Below are positions 1 through 13,090 of a DNA stretch of 64,000 nt, one piece after another (position 1 is the stretch's first letter; each line of letters opens with the position of its first letter). Below the pieces are notes generated by a model. That model did no database searches. It saw nothing but the letters and a program-made list of their open reading frames with translations, and was not told the DNA's origin. The position numbers and the translations under genes are program-made. This DNA is from Octopus sinensis (lineage: Eukaryota). The DNA is taken from NCBI RefSeq assembly GCF_006345805.1, contig NC_042998.1:120218001-120282000 (forward strand). The letters run 5' to 3'.

Positions 1-699
1 ATGAGTTTGCAAAGCTCTAGCAGTAATGGGGTTGTGTTATATTCATGACTTCATCCTGAGACAAACTGGCTTCAACCAGGAACAGTGTCCTACTGGAAAT
101 TTTCTGTTGTTATTCATATTTTCTTCATCTTCCTTGAAAATTCATGAGATCAGACTGAGATGTGATTCATATTGTGCTCACACACTTATCTTTAGAAGGT
201 TCAGAGCACTATTGATACTATCTTGTATCTGGGAATTGGACCCACGATCTCACAATTGTGAATGCAACACCCAACCACTAAGCCATGCGCCTTTACAATG
301 TGTGTGTGTGTGTGTAAGGCACCCCTAAAAAAGAAGGAGTGGTCAGAAATAGAATGCATTTTATCATAGGTCTGCATAATCAAGGTTGACAGGGGACTAG
401 ATAATAGTTTCAACTCTTTGATTCACATTATTAGAATTCTATTTCTTTTCTGCTGCTTGCTGACTGGACACACGTTTAATAAAATTCTTTGGAGTTGGAT
501 ATTATATTTGATAAGTCAAATGCCCTTATAAATTATAACACTTGGAATGGTGTTATAACATGGTTTCTTTTTAAATATCAATTTATAGTTAACCAAACAA
601 TGTGGATTTAACAAACTAAATTATTTTTGTTATTTGTTATTCATTCTCAAATGCTTCTTGCTTGCTTCATGCTGTTGCTTAATGGGGCTGGGGCCATCC

Positions 700-1210
700 C
701 AGATTAGTGGTCTCAGAGGTATCATTGTGTGTGGAGCCGAGCAGGTCCACCAGTGTTCCTCATCGCTGGCAGTTTTGTACCAGCCCCTCTGCATCCTTCA
801 AGATCTAGAGATCTTCCTTAGTCACATCCAGCCATCTGGTGCAGAGCCTGCAGTTGCTGTGTTGAATGAGAGCAAGGCCTTGGTAGGATGATCAGTGGGA
901 GGCAGAGGACATGTCTGTACCAGCACCTGAGGTGGGAGGCTGCGGGTTGATGTGAGTGCACATGCAGTTCTTTGTTGGTAACACGATGGTACCATCTTAT
1001 GTTCTTGATGGTTCTGAGGGCTTTTTCTGTTGAAACTGTTGACCCTCTTTGTCAGGGTCTTCACAAAGGACCACACTTTTGCTCCATAGAGGAGATTGGC
1101 GGGGATCAAAACATTGTAGATGTGGAGCTTTGTCTTCCGGGAGATAGAGCAGTGATACCAAAGGGGCTTCCATAGGAAGTACATGACCCTGGTGGCAAGA
1201 TCACATATTT
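700..1210 (-). mobile_element. RTE-clade LINE reverse transcriptase C-terminal fragment
   Basis: Minus ORF 822-1229 contains ISRKTKLHIYNVLIPANLLYGAKVW, typical of RTE RT C-terminal (TKLRIY...LLYGAETW). Confidence 0.75.
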
Positions 1211-1509
1211 GAACTGTTTTGTTTCTCACTAACTTTGGCTATAATGTACCTCACTTGCTTTCCTAATAACTGGTTGGGAAATATGTATTTTTTCCTGTTT
1301 CTGGTTTCAAATTAAAATTACCAGTTTAACAGATTTGTCTAATTGTGCCATATCCTCTTTTTGATGTTTTATTAATGTAGTGTTAGGTTCTTGTTACAAA
1401 GGAAGTTAAGTTTTATTTTGCAGAGAAGTGTGTACACACAAACACACACACACATGCGAATGAATGTTCACATATTAATTAGCTGATTATTGTATAAATG
1501 TATGCCTGA

Positions 1510-1555
<46 letters not shown>

Positions 1556-1562
1556 GCATGCA

Positions 1563-1760
1563 GGTGTGGCTGTACACAAGCATGGCTGACTGTGTTATTA
1601 AGAAGCTTCCATCCCAGCCATATGGTTTCAGGTCCAGTCTCACTACATATCTTGGGCAAATCTCTTCTTCTATAGTCCCAGGCCAACCAAAACCTTGTGT
1701 GTGAATGTGGTGAAACAGAAACTGAATGAGGTCCATTGAATAAATAAATGCACACAGACA
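1563..1760 (+). mobile_element. Degenerate tRNA-derived SINE (family also at ~7647-7750, 21160-21300, 40515-40620, 41860-41930; minus strand ~19640-19800)
   Basis: Shared CACCTTGGGCAAGTG-CTTCT-CTATAG-C--GG--ACCAAAGCCTTGTG motif with the 4367 copy. Confidence 0.7.
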
Positions 1761-1795
1761 CACACACACATTATATATATATATATATATATATA

Positions 1796-2110
1796 TCATC
1801 ATCATCATCATTTAACATCCATCTTCCATGCACGCATGGGTAGGTAGGACAGTTGACAGGAGCTGATCAAGTAGAAAATCTACCCAAGGCTACTGTGTCT
1901 GTTTTGGCAGGGTTTTTTTATGGCTGGATGCCCTTCCTAACACCAACCACTCTGTGGAGTGGACTCGATGCTTTTTACGTGGCACCAGCACAGCCGAGGT
2001 TAGTTTTGGTAAGATTTTTACAGCTGGACGCCAACTACTTTACAGTGTAGACTGGATACTTTTTACATGACATCAGTACTGGCAAGATCACCAAGTAACT
2101 TGCAAGACAA
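1796..2110 (-). mobile_element. Short RTE-tailed element 3' end with (ATG)n tail
   Basis: (cat)n followed by TTTAAC-TCC--TTTCCATGC-GGCATGGGT and GGATGCCCTTCCTAA-ACCAACCAC; many copies in window. Confidence 0.75.
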
Positions 2111-3249
2111 GGAATTTTGAGAGGAGTGGAGGCATTGGAGAAGGGGATCTTGTGTGAGATGATAAAAAGTTAGTGTGACAGAGAAATAGAGATGTAGAAA
2201 CTGGTGTTTTGCTACAAAGGAGGTACATGGTTACCTGGTGAGAGAGAGAGAAGAGGAGAGGGAGTGAGAAAGAGAAGAAGAGAGAGAGAGGTACAAGAAT
2301 GCGGGCAAAAACAAGTGTGCTGGTGTAAAGGGAGATATTTGGTTACCTAATCAGAGGAAAAACAAAAGAAAGAGAGAGAGAGGGGGGTCAAGAATGAGAG
2401 CAGAAACAAGTGGGCTGCTGTAGAGGAGATACGTGCTTACCCAGCCAGAGGGAAGAGAAAGGGAAAGAGAGTCGGAAACAGCAAAAATGTAAGAGAGAGC
2501 AGGAGAGAGGTGGTGGTGAAATGCTGGGGTGTATTCACAAGTAACAAGGATCAGATCATATATGTGATGGTAGGGTAAGAAAGAGAGCGTTAAATGGTAG
2601 CAATTGCCAGGGCATGCCCTCAAGGTAGGGAAGTCATAATATACATGGTCAGGTATTGTCAAGAAGGTACAAGTAGGGAATGGAGACTGCAGCAACTGGT
2701 GAAAACCTGAGTGTAAAGATGGGGTGGGGGAAAGCAGTGTTTATAGTGAGTGGAGCAGTGAGGACAGGGAAGGGGACTGGGAGATGATCATAATGTATAA
2801 AGAAGAAATGTGAAGGAGAAAAAGATGCTGTTTAGATGAGATTTTCAGTTTCTTGGGGTAGAGTGTGTGAAAGTTTGTTACTCAACTTCACTGACATGGG
2901 CTGGTCTTCTCTAGAACCTCATATCGCCAAACATCTCAGTCCATTGTAATTTGCTCCATGAGTCCTAATATCTTGAGATCGGTCCTCACCACTTCATCTC
3001 ATGTCTTCCTGGGCCTCCCTCTTCCACAAGTGATGCAAATAGGAAAATAAAGCTCAAAGCATTAGTATATATATGTTTTTTAAATTAATAATTGGCAGGC
3101 ATTACAGAGTGATGCAAGGGCTAGAAGTTTTGTGTATTGGCACTTATGAAACTGGTTTTGAATCAGTAGCTCATAAATTTATACCCACACACACATATGC
3201 ATACATATGCACATGCACACGCATTTGTGTGTGTGCCCGCACATGTTAC

Positions 3250-3490
3250 TGCCCTCTTGCCATGGCATGTGTGATAGTTGTAAGCAAGTGTCACCCTCAT
3301 GCAAGCTGTGTGCTTCATTTTCAATCTTCCATGAAAATGTCTGGTCATGGGGAGATATTACCTCACTTGGAAACAGGTAATGGTTAGTGACAGAAAAGGC
3401 ATCCAATCATAGGAAATCTGCCATAACAAAATTCTGTTCAACTCATATGAGCATGGAAAAGTGGACATTAGAACAATGATGATGATGATG
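3250..3490 (+). mobile_element. SINE-like element with RTE-type 3' tail (related copies ~4870-5050, 5600-5770, 21540-21720)
   Basis: Recurrent ATTATCTTGCTTGGAAAC-GGTGAGGGTTGG-GACAGGAAGGGCATC motif ending GCATGGAAAA-TGGAC-TTA-(ATG)n. Confidence 0.65.
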
Positions 3491-3504
3491 GTGGTGGATG
3501 TATA

Positions 3505-3880
3505 TCATCATCATCATCATCGTTTAACATCTGCTTTCCATGCTGGCATGGGTTGGTCAGTTTGACTGAGGACTGGCAAGCCAGGAAGCTGCACCAGGCT
3601 CCGATCTGATCTGGCAAGGTTTCTACAGCTGGATGCTCTTCCTAACGCCAACCATTCTGAGAGTGTAGTAGGTGCTTTTTACGTGCCACTGGCATGGGCC
3701 AGTCAGGTGGTACTGGCAATGACCACGCTTGAATGGTGCTTTTTACGTGCCACTGGCACTGGCATCGACCACGTTTGTATGTTGCTTTTTACATGTCACC
3801 GACATGGGTGTCAGTCCAGTGGGACTGGCAACTACCATACTTGAATGATACTTTTTACATGTCACCAGCATGTAAAATGG
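3505..3880 (-). mobile_element. Short RTE-tailed element with internal tandem GTGCCACTGGCA/GAATGGTGCTTTT units
   Basis: Near-identical to 33998-34780, 30486-30785 and 63005-63500. Confidence 0.8.
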
Positions 3881-4366
3881 GCTGGTTATGCGACATCACA
3901 TAGGCCACACTTATGTATGTATGTGTGTATCTGTCTTCTTGTCTTAACATTTGTGATTGTTGTAAATTAGGGGGGGGGGACCTCTGCCCACGGGTGCAAT
4001 TGCATCCGCAAGCCCATTTTATTTTGCCCATATGCTGATATACTTGTATGTACAAAATATAGTAAATTTTTCAATTATAGAATTTATACAATATCCCTAT
4101 GCCTATTTGAGACATAGGTCACATTTCCACTATGACTTAAAACAGTGAGACTTGAACAGAAGCTTGTCTGGTAATTGCCATTTGAATGGAAATATTGTTT
4201 ACACTATAAAACACATATTACTAGGTTTGTACCACCCACTTGAGACCCAACTACACTCTAGCTGAAAAATATAGAAACCTCATAAGTAATATAAATGTCT
4301 TAAATTCAGTGGCAGCGTTAATGAAGATGTTACACATTAATGTTTTAAACTTATCTTTATTAATGT

Positions 4367-4745
4367 GCTGTGTGGTAAGTAGCTTGCTTACGAACCACGT
4401 GGTTCCGGGGTCAGTCCCACTGCGTGGCACCTTGGGCAAGTGTCTTCTACTATAGCCTCGGGCCGACCAAAGCCTTGTGAGTGGATTTGGTAGACGGAAA
4501 CTGAAAGAAGCCTGTCGTATATATGTGTATATATATGTGTGTGTTTGTGTGTCTGTGTTTGTCCTCCCAACATCGCTTGACAACCGATGCTGGTGTGTTT
4601 AGGTCCCCATAACTTAGCGGTTCAGCAAAAGAGATTGATAGAATAAGTACTAGGCTTACAAAGAATAAGTCCTGGAGTCGATTTGCTAGACTAAAGGCAG
4701 TGCTCCAGCATGGCCACAGTCAAATGACTGAAACAAGTAAAAGAG
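4367..4745 (+). mobile_element. Near full-length tRNA-derived SINE
   Basis: A-box-like GTGTGGTAAG, B-box-like GGTTCCGGG-TCAGTCCC, internal (TA/TG)n, tail CAAATGACTGAAACAAGTAAAAGAG. Confidence 0.8.
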
Positions 4746-7315
4746 AGAGTAAGAGTATATCAAATTATACATAGATATATACAAGATCTACATAGAACTT
4801 GTGATCCACCCATGGACCCTTTTTTTTGTAAATTTTTGCCTGCCACACTAAAACATTTCCCCACCCCTGTAATAAATGAATGTCATTCATTTTCAGTATT
4901 CTGTGAAAACATGTCTGGCCGTGGGGAAATATTACCTTGCTTGGAGACAGGTGAAGGTTGGTGACAGAAAGGGTACCTGACTGTAGAATATCTGTCCTAG
5001 CAAACTTCATTCAAACATGGAAAATTGAGTGTTAAAGTGATGATGATGACAATGATTTTATATATATATACAAGATCTACATAGATATAAGAGTTAGAAC
5101 TTGTGATCAATTTCCTTCTACCAAATCCACTCACAAGGCCATTTCCCTATCATCAGAGAAAGAAAGTCACTCTGGATAATGTGGTTCTTGGTATACTGCA
5201 CTCAATAACTGGCAGAAAGAGGGGATGGTCGTGACTGGAAGGCTTTCATCACAGATAAGTTTGATCAGAGTTGACTTAAGGCTAAAAAATAAAACAACAG
5301 TTAAAACAGCAATGAACCAATGAGAGAACCACTGATAAAATGATACAAATAATATCCAGCTCATCTAACCATAGCTGCAGTTTCTTTTATCGTATCTCTG
5401 CTTAATCAAATCTAGTCTGGTACCAAATGAATGACTACAGTAGGAGCTTTTATTTTTTAAAAAACAAGTTTAATCTCAAACCTAAAATAAATTTTGTAAT
5501 ATATGCCTATATTGTTCATAGATATTTATCAGTATTGTTTTCCATGTGTTTGCTGCTTTTAAAAAAAGCATTCACTATTCATATTGCTATTTTCTTGTAA
5601 TCCACTGAGAAGCCATGTCAAACTTGTCCATTGATTTTTAGACTAGGGGATTATTATCTTGCTTGGAAATGAGTTGGGGTTGGCATCAGGAAGGGCATCC
5701 ACCCATAGAAAACTCTGCCCCTACATTGTTTTGGTTGATCTGTGCAAAAGTAGACAACAAAATGATAAGTAGTAGTAGATGTACTAATTAAGAATTTTAT
5801 ATCACTATCACAGAAAGTGAATATTGAATACCAAGACTAAATAATATATTAAAGATGGATAAATTCAATGTTAAGTAGCTATTCCAGGTTATATGTTACA
5901 ATGAATTTCTTGCAAACAAGCAATTTTCATACACTCATTGATTCACTCACTCTTGCAGTAGTGTATTCATACAGTCTCTCACATTTCACTTACTCACATG
6001 GCAGTGTGAAAATACAGTTCATACAAAAGGAAAGACTGAAGAAATATGAAATGGGATGATATAAGATAGATTGGTAATATTTATTTTAATAGAACATATA
6101 CGTAGTTGGAGCTTATCAAGACTGTCACGTGTGATTACTCTTTGTTTTGTTGAGGAAGTAATTCGTATAACTCACTGCTTTACTAATTATAACAGAATGT
6201 TTAATAGTTAATAATTCTACTTGAATTTGGGATAAACCAAATTTAGTAGCATTTGGTAATTAGCATCAGGAAGTGTAGACTTGCCTAGCTATGTTATCGT
6301 CACAGGCTACTGAGACATGTGACAGTTATGTCTTCTATATTTGGGTGTTTCTTGAGTTGTGAGGAAGAAGTGGATGTACTATTGGCTAGCACAGAACTAT
6401 TGACCTAGAAGCAAATAGACACCCAATTTCATTTCATGGTTGAGTGATTTTGCATATTAAGTGAATCAGCCTGCTGTAATAATCTTTAGAAGCAGATTAT
6501 TTGAGAAAGTAATGTTGTAGTATGAGATGTTTTTTAATGTTTATTCATAAAATGATGTAAGCAGAAGTCAATGTTCACCTATTCCTGATCAGCTGAATAT
6601 GATGATGAAGATTCAAATATTTCACTGTTGTATATGTATGTAGCCTTTTGCGAGATTAGATGATTGTAATTTACTTTTAAATTACTACTGCATAAGTAAT
6701 TTTAGTTAAGTTTCAAACACTAAGTAGAACCTTGCATGTATGTGATCATCATCATCATCATCATTTTAAGTCTGCTTTCTATACCGCTATGAGTTAGATG
6801 GTTTGATAGGATTTGATGGGTTGGAGGACAATGCCTTACTTCCTATCTTTCAGTTTTAGTATAATTTCTATGGGTGAATGTTCTTCCTTATGCTAATCAT
6901 TTTATAGAGTATTTTTTTCATGCACCAAGACTAATGAGGTCATTTTGTAACTTACAAGGCTGAAAAGAGAATTTGAGAAAGAGAGTGATGACTTTTGATG
7001 AAGTGTGGAAAGAAGTTAAAGTGCATGTGTGTGTACACATGTACACACATTTTATAAGCTGTGAAGTTTATTATAAGTGACTCAAGGGCTTAGAGTTTCT
7101 TGTAATGGCACTGATCAGACTAGAGTAGAAATTACATATAATCTGTAAATATAATGAAAATACAGAATTATTTTAGAAATATTTTTTTAGAAAAATTCTT
7201 TTCAAAGATGCATATTAATAGAAAAATTGTCTAAATTAGCTCACTTGAATGCAAAAGAAAATTATGCTAGAGAAACATGCACAAAAAATTAGTCATAAAT
7301 AGCATTATACATACG

Positions 7316-7379
<64 letters not shown>

Positions 7380-8129
7380 GCACTCACCCATTCACATACC
7401 CACATATTTATAAATAAATTTATACACCCATAGCTTCATTCATAAATAGATATAGGTACATGTCATAGGAAGAATAGCAATCAGGAGAGGAGTAAAAAAA
7501 AAGCAAGTGACATGTGTATCAATATTATAGTATCTACATTATAAAGTTGATAAAATATTTAACAAGAAATAGAGTGGCATACACACACTTACAAGTTAAG
7601 ATATAGACATACAATGTATATATGCACTCACTTACTTACAGACACACATGGCTCAGGCATGGCATCTTGGCTAAGTGCCTTCTTGTATAGCCCCAGGCTA
7701 TACAAAAATATGAATGAATTTGTTAGATGGAAACTAAAGAAAGCCTGTCAATTATATGATGATGATGATCATCATTTAATGTGTTTCCTATGCTGACATG
7801 GGTTGGACAGTTTGACAGGAGCTGAAGGGCTGTTCAGGGCCCATGTCTTATTTTGGCATGGTTACTATGGCTGGATGCCCTTCCTAATGCCAACCACTTT
7901 ACAGAGTACTTTTACACAGCATCAGTATGGCTGCCTTTTACGTGGCACCAGCACTTATGAGCCTACAAGATTAGGGATGCTTGGTTGGAGAGGGTTGCAA
8001 GGGACAAGCCTGTATGCAAGAGCAACCACACTTTTTCTCAGCTTGATATGCCTTTTCAGGTGCAGCAAACTGCCAGGAGTCTTGGTCCTCTGTGAGTCCC
8101 AACATTTGTAGACTCTTTCTCATCACTTC

Positions 8130-8697
8130 AGAAAATTACTATTTTTAAATCTTACTGTGTGAGATATTCAGCAACAGTACCTTGTAGTAAAGACTGTTTG
8201 CCAACATAACATTGCAGTCCAAATTTAGAACAAATGTTGCTGTAATTTAGCACCCCCACTCAGCTCAAAACAATATCTGTGTATCGCGATTTCCAGGTTA
8301 TTTGCCTTCATCAGCACAGAATAATTGTTTGGCTAGAGGTTGCACTGCCAAATTCCTGTTTGAAATATATAGTTTTTAAAGTGACAACAAGTCACTGATC
8401 TATAAATTAGAAAATTACTATCTTTAAATCTCACAAGGTGAGATATTCAGCAACAGTACTTTGTAGTAAAGATTGTTTGCCAACATAACATGGCAGTCCT
8501 GGTTTAGGATGAATGTTGGTGTAATTTAGCCCCAGGAGATATTGTTTTGAGCTGAGTGAGGGTGCTGGATTCCCTTGTTCAAAAATATAAGGACACAGAT
8601 CGTGTCGTATAGCCAGCTGGAGACGATGTCTCCTGGGGCTAAATTACAGCAACATTCGTCCTAAACCAGGACTGCCATGTTATGTTGGCAAACAATC
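8130..8697. mobile_element. 568-bp hammerhead-containing insertion (Penelope/retrozyme-like) inside an RTE-tailed element, 15-bp TSD
   Basis: CTTTCTCATCACTTC at 8115-8129 and 8698-8712. Direct repeat 8130-8251/8409-8530; inverted repeat 8471-8539/8629-8697. Host RTE-type sequence continues on both sides (~7760-8129, 8698-8860). Confidence 0.75.
8276..8320 (-). ncRNA. Minimal type I hammerhead ribozyme motif
   Basis: Minus strand reads tctgtg CTGATGA aggcaaataacctg GAA atcgcgat a cacaga. Stem I tctgtg/cacaga, stem II agg/cct, palindromic stem III ATCGCGAT, AUA cleavage triplet. Confidence 0.75.
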
Positions 8698-8862
8698 CTT
8701 TCTCATCACTTCGTCCCACATGTTCACTCCACAATTAGAGATCGGCACCTCTTGATGCAACTGTCCTCATTCATATGCATTACATGGCCATATCAGTGCA
8801 GTCTTTTCTCTTGCACATTACGTCTGATGGTACATATACCAAGTTTTTCTCTCAAATCAGTT

Positions 8863-8947
<85 letters not shown>

Positions 8948-10431
8948 TTAACTTCCCTTTTTCCATTCTGGTATGGAACTAATGAGGTGGAGGGCTGTGC
9001 TGAGCTCCAGTGTCTGCTTTGCTCTTCTTAATGTCAACCGCTTCACATACCTTATTGGGTGCTCTTTTTGTGGAACCAATATGATGAGGTCACCAGCTAC
9101 CTGCAAAACAAGATCCTTTAAATGGGTGGGTTACAGTATTGAGCAATATGAAAGTGTGAAAGAAGGACAGGAGCAAGTGCCTTGCTGAAGAGGTGGGTAT
9201 ATGGTTTCCCCATTTAGAGAGAAAGAGAGAGATGTAAGGTTAAGGTACAAGGTGAATATGAGAGACAGAAAGAGGAAAGTATAAAAATAGTGGGTTGGTT
9301 GGTTGGTTGGTTGGTTGGTTGGTTGGTAAGTGCACTAGAGTGGAATTAGTGTGACAGATGATTAAAGGTGGACATTGAGTTGGATGCAGTGAATATGTAA
9401 TGTATATATGTGTGTGCATGACTGACTTTGTATTTCCCTTATTTACATCTCTGCTTGCTTGCTGATTGTAAACAGCGGCTTTGCTAATAGAGTTATTTGT
9501 TTCTAGCTCTTCATGTAAGCATGCTTGGACTGTTTGCTGTTTGATAGATAGCGAGATTCTTACTCTACTTGGATATAAGTGGGCGTTGGCAATAGGAACA
9601 GCCTCTAGCTACAAAAAAACACTCTACTCCAATGTTCTCTTGTTGGGCCCATGCTTGCACAGAGAAGTAGATGTTAAAATGATAAGGATACATAACGCAT
9701 ACCAACACATGTGTCTGTCTGTCCATTCATTCTTGACCACTTCCTTCCATTCAATTCAACATGTGAAATCGTTAATCCAGACATTCTTTTTTCTTTCTCT
9801 CTGTTTTCTTTCCTCATTCCTTTCTGTTGAAAAGCATAGAATCAAAATGTCAAAATCTTTTCCACTTTCCCTGGGTGTCAAATGAATATACCATGTTTAT
9901 TGTTCCGTCACCTGTCTCTGTCTTCAGTTTTTTGTTTTTTGTACACCTGAGCCGTGTGTGTGTGTGTGTGTGTCTGTGTGTGTACGTGCAATCACACAAG
10001 TGCAAAACAAGATGAAGAAAATAGTACTCAAATACTAAAGTTAGAATTTAATATAGTTTTATTGAAACTTAAAAACCTCACCAACTATTACCTTGAATTT
10101 TATACAGCTGATCTTGAACCAGACTGAAACATAGAAACAATATAATAGTTTAAATACTACATTGCAAATCGGTTGACAAATAAGCCAATATACATTTAAA
10201 GCTGATTGGAGAGGAGGATGTCGCAGTTTCAGAATCAATGGAATCTGTTGGATTGATTGTTGTAAATATATATAAACATAATAAATGTGTTAATTGAAGT
10301 TGAATAAAATGAAGCCTTACGTCTTGATAAAGGAATATAGTCATTATGAGCTTAGCTTCTGCCAAGACAAAAAAAATAAGCAAAATCCAATTTAGAGTTT
10401 GGAGAGCATAGATAAATTAAAGCAACAATAA

Positions 10432-10457
10432 ATGAAAAGCAAGAATAAAACAAATAA
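10432..10457 (+). CDS. Candidate alternative first coding exon of Trio (MKSKNKTN+AA)
   Basis: ATG preceded by an in-frame TAA; consensus donor AA|gtaagt. Phase 2 fits 25617-25657. No homology support. Confidence 0.25.
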
Positions 10458-10519
10458 GTAAGTGAATTTGTTATAGGGGAAAATACAAAGAATATAGAGG
10501 GGGAAACAGATGATTTTGT

Positions 10520-11620
10520 TGGAGTGGGGGGGAAGCGGTTTGAATGAGGCTGTGCTCTACAGTAATTTGTAGACATCAATTCTTGAAAAAATTGTGCAAG
10601 ACAGCTCTTATCTTGGCACAAGCCACCCCCACCATTTGGAAATGTCTGCTTGATGGTGTGCAAGAGATAAAGTGGTCACTAACCTTAGTTAGGTCACTAG
10701 CACTAATGTTAAAGAGTGTGCTGGAGTAATACTTATTTATCCAGAGAGAGTCATTGACAAAAGCTTGGCAGATAGGATGATGTCTGTTTTTTCCTCAGAG
10801 ATGAATGTAATGACTTTGGCAAAATCTAATGCTTTGAGAAGTAGAGGGCTGGTAATGGAAGTGTAGTAGCTCTTAATACCAAACTGGAAGAACTTGTTTC
10901 TGTACTTACTGGTATGTTTTCTAACTATCCAATGACTTATGATATGTTATTCCAAAATGGTAAAAGTGGTTCTGTCTTGAGTTTTAGAAGAATCCTGCCT
11001 AGTAAGTCTTAACTAATTTTACTTATGTGATTTTTGTTGGTTAATAAATCTAATTGAAAGTTTGCAGTTGAAACTATTCTTGTGGTTCTTAAAAGTGAAG
11101 GAAAAAAAAAAAGCTCAGGGAATGATTTGAAGACTCATTTCTGACATGTGTACTGATCTGGAAGTGATAACATTTTTTTTACTTTATTGATAGATGTTCT
11201 TTGTTTTTGTAGACCTTAGTGATAGTGGTTGCTATAAACTTACAGTAAGAATGTTTGTCAGTTTTGTTAAGGTTTTTAGTCTTATCCAAGATAATGAAGT
11301 TTGATTCTTTTTTAAGCTGAAAGTTTCTGGAAAGAAATGCTAGAGTTCTTGAACTTCATTTTTTTTAACAACTTGAAGGAGGTTCTCCTCAAATGGGATC
11401 AGTAGTTTGTTCACAAGCCAGTTATGACTCTAATCCAATATGTTTGCTCAAGTTGGATTTCTCCATCAGTTTAATCTCATAGTGTATTTTCCACCTGAAT
11501 CTTTTGATTAAAATCTATCATTTTCTGCATCAAGTATTTCTGGTATACTTTCTTAGGATTAGAAATATTCTTGGTAGAATAATTATGGTGTATAAGTGGT
11601 TGGTTAGTATATATGCCAAA
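10520..11620 (-). mobile_element. Penelope-like element RT (N-terminal part and core), degenerate
   Basis: Minus-strand peptides NYSTKNISNPKKVYQKYLMQKMIDF, PFEENLLQVVKKMKFK, FFQFGIKSYYTSITSPLLLKALDFAKVITFISEEKTDIIL and GLCQDK (decayed GLYRDD). Stops and frameshifts present. Confidence 0.8.
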
Positions 11621-12469
11621 AGGGAGCAGTGTGTAGATAAGCATTGGAGTTACCTGTTCGTCAGAACATGCTTTGGCTAAGTCTGAGTATCAGTATGTCT
11701 GACAAAATACCCTTTGTTTTAGTTTGAAAATATGGCAGGAACTAATTAATATTTTGATATAGTTCCTTGTATAGAGATAGGTAGAAAATAGACTAATGAG
11801 CAGAAGGATAGCGTGACCAATAGGATTAAGATGGTAGGTAGGATGACAGGGGAAGGTATGTGATGGTGATGGTAGTATTATTGATAAGGAAAAAAACATG
11901 TGGTGTGTTGATGATAGTGATGATGATGGTGGTGGTAATATTAATGATCGTAGTGGTAGTGGTGGTGTTGGCTGGTTGTTAGGTGTATAGATGGTGATGA
12001 AGTGACGTTTTTATGGTTATGAGTTGTTAATGGCAGGGTTGACAAATGCTGTACTCATGAGGATAATTGGGTTTTCTCAAACCACAAAGTCTTGGAGCAA
12101 TGGTATCTCATAGGTTATCAGGAAAACAAAAAACAAGAACAAAATACAAATAAAAATAACTACACCCAGCATGCCAACATATATACACACAAACACCAAG
12201 CACTCTGAGGAGGTAGTACACATAATCATGCAAATACATAATGCATACAAACAAAAGTACATATACACAGATGTACATATGCACAAAAGTACATATACAC
12301 ATACTTACAAACATATATACATATACACCTTTCATACATATGCACATACATATTTACCCTACATATATATAAGTACAAATACATACAAAGATATAATTGT
12401 ATGTATGCACAAGTCTTCTATCAATCTAAATATTTAGCTATCCTTGAATTAGAAACCCACACTTAGACC

Positions 12470-13090
12470 ACAAACACTCAGGAAAAGAAACATTATATAG
12501 TTCACATTTCCATACAATATTAATGTAGCTATTCTTCTCAGTAGAAACTTCCTCTTTTATTTAGAAAATACTTTTCTTCACAATGTATGTACTGTAAAAT
12601 ATTTAACATAACATCATGTATCTGTAACTTCAGTCAGAATCTAACCTCTTCTAATCACCACAACCACAGTCTCAAGTGAGCATACTATCACCAAATCTTG
12701 CAATTTCACTGACACCAACAGTCTGTTCAGTGATAACTTTTTAGCTAAGAACATTAACAAGTGTATAGTCAATATCAACACTTTGTCAAAAGCCTACATT
12801 GGCATGACCTATAATTCTTTTAAATTTGGATACAATTCTCACTTTTACTCTTTTCTACACCTCAGTAGGTCACATCAAACTTCTTTAGCTGACTTCATCT
12901 AAGATCTGAAAAACTCATTCATATCATGCAATCTATGTACTGTGTAGTATGAACTCTTTTAACAGAAACTGCAAACCATGCAACTTGTGCATGAATGAAA
13001 GTTTGAAATCGTTATTCTTCAGATAACTCATTAAGCAGAATTACTAAAAAGCTTCCTTCTTGATTTCATAAAACCTAAAGGATTCATTAT
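12470..13090 (+). mobile_element. Penelope-like element C-terminal part with GIY-YIG endonuclease, degenerate
   Basis: Plus-strand peptides KIFN...SNH and KAYIGMTYNSFKFGYNSHFYSFLHLSRSHQTSLADFI*DLKN...CKPCNLCMNE. Confidence 0.8.

Noticed and set aside
2340-2860. Purine-rich blocks (also 31140-31420, 32640-33300, 20580-21010) as Penelope/CR1 remnants
   Set aside because: Probably old retroelement debris, but no diagnostic motif could be read.
3560-3600. CTGAGGA motifs in RTE-tailed elements (also 34057, 63068)
   Set aside because: No downstream GAAA core; ordinary UTR sequence.
4367-4440. tRNA genes at SINE heads (also 22222, 23654, 42200)
   Set aside because: A/B boxes only, no complete cloverleaf, and each continues into a SINE body.
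5138-5160. CTGATGA tagg GAAA (minus)
   Set aside because: No stems; it arises at the junction of two repeats.
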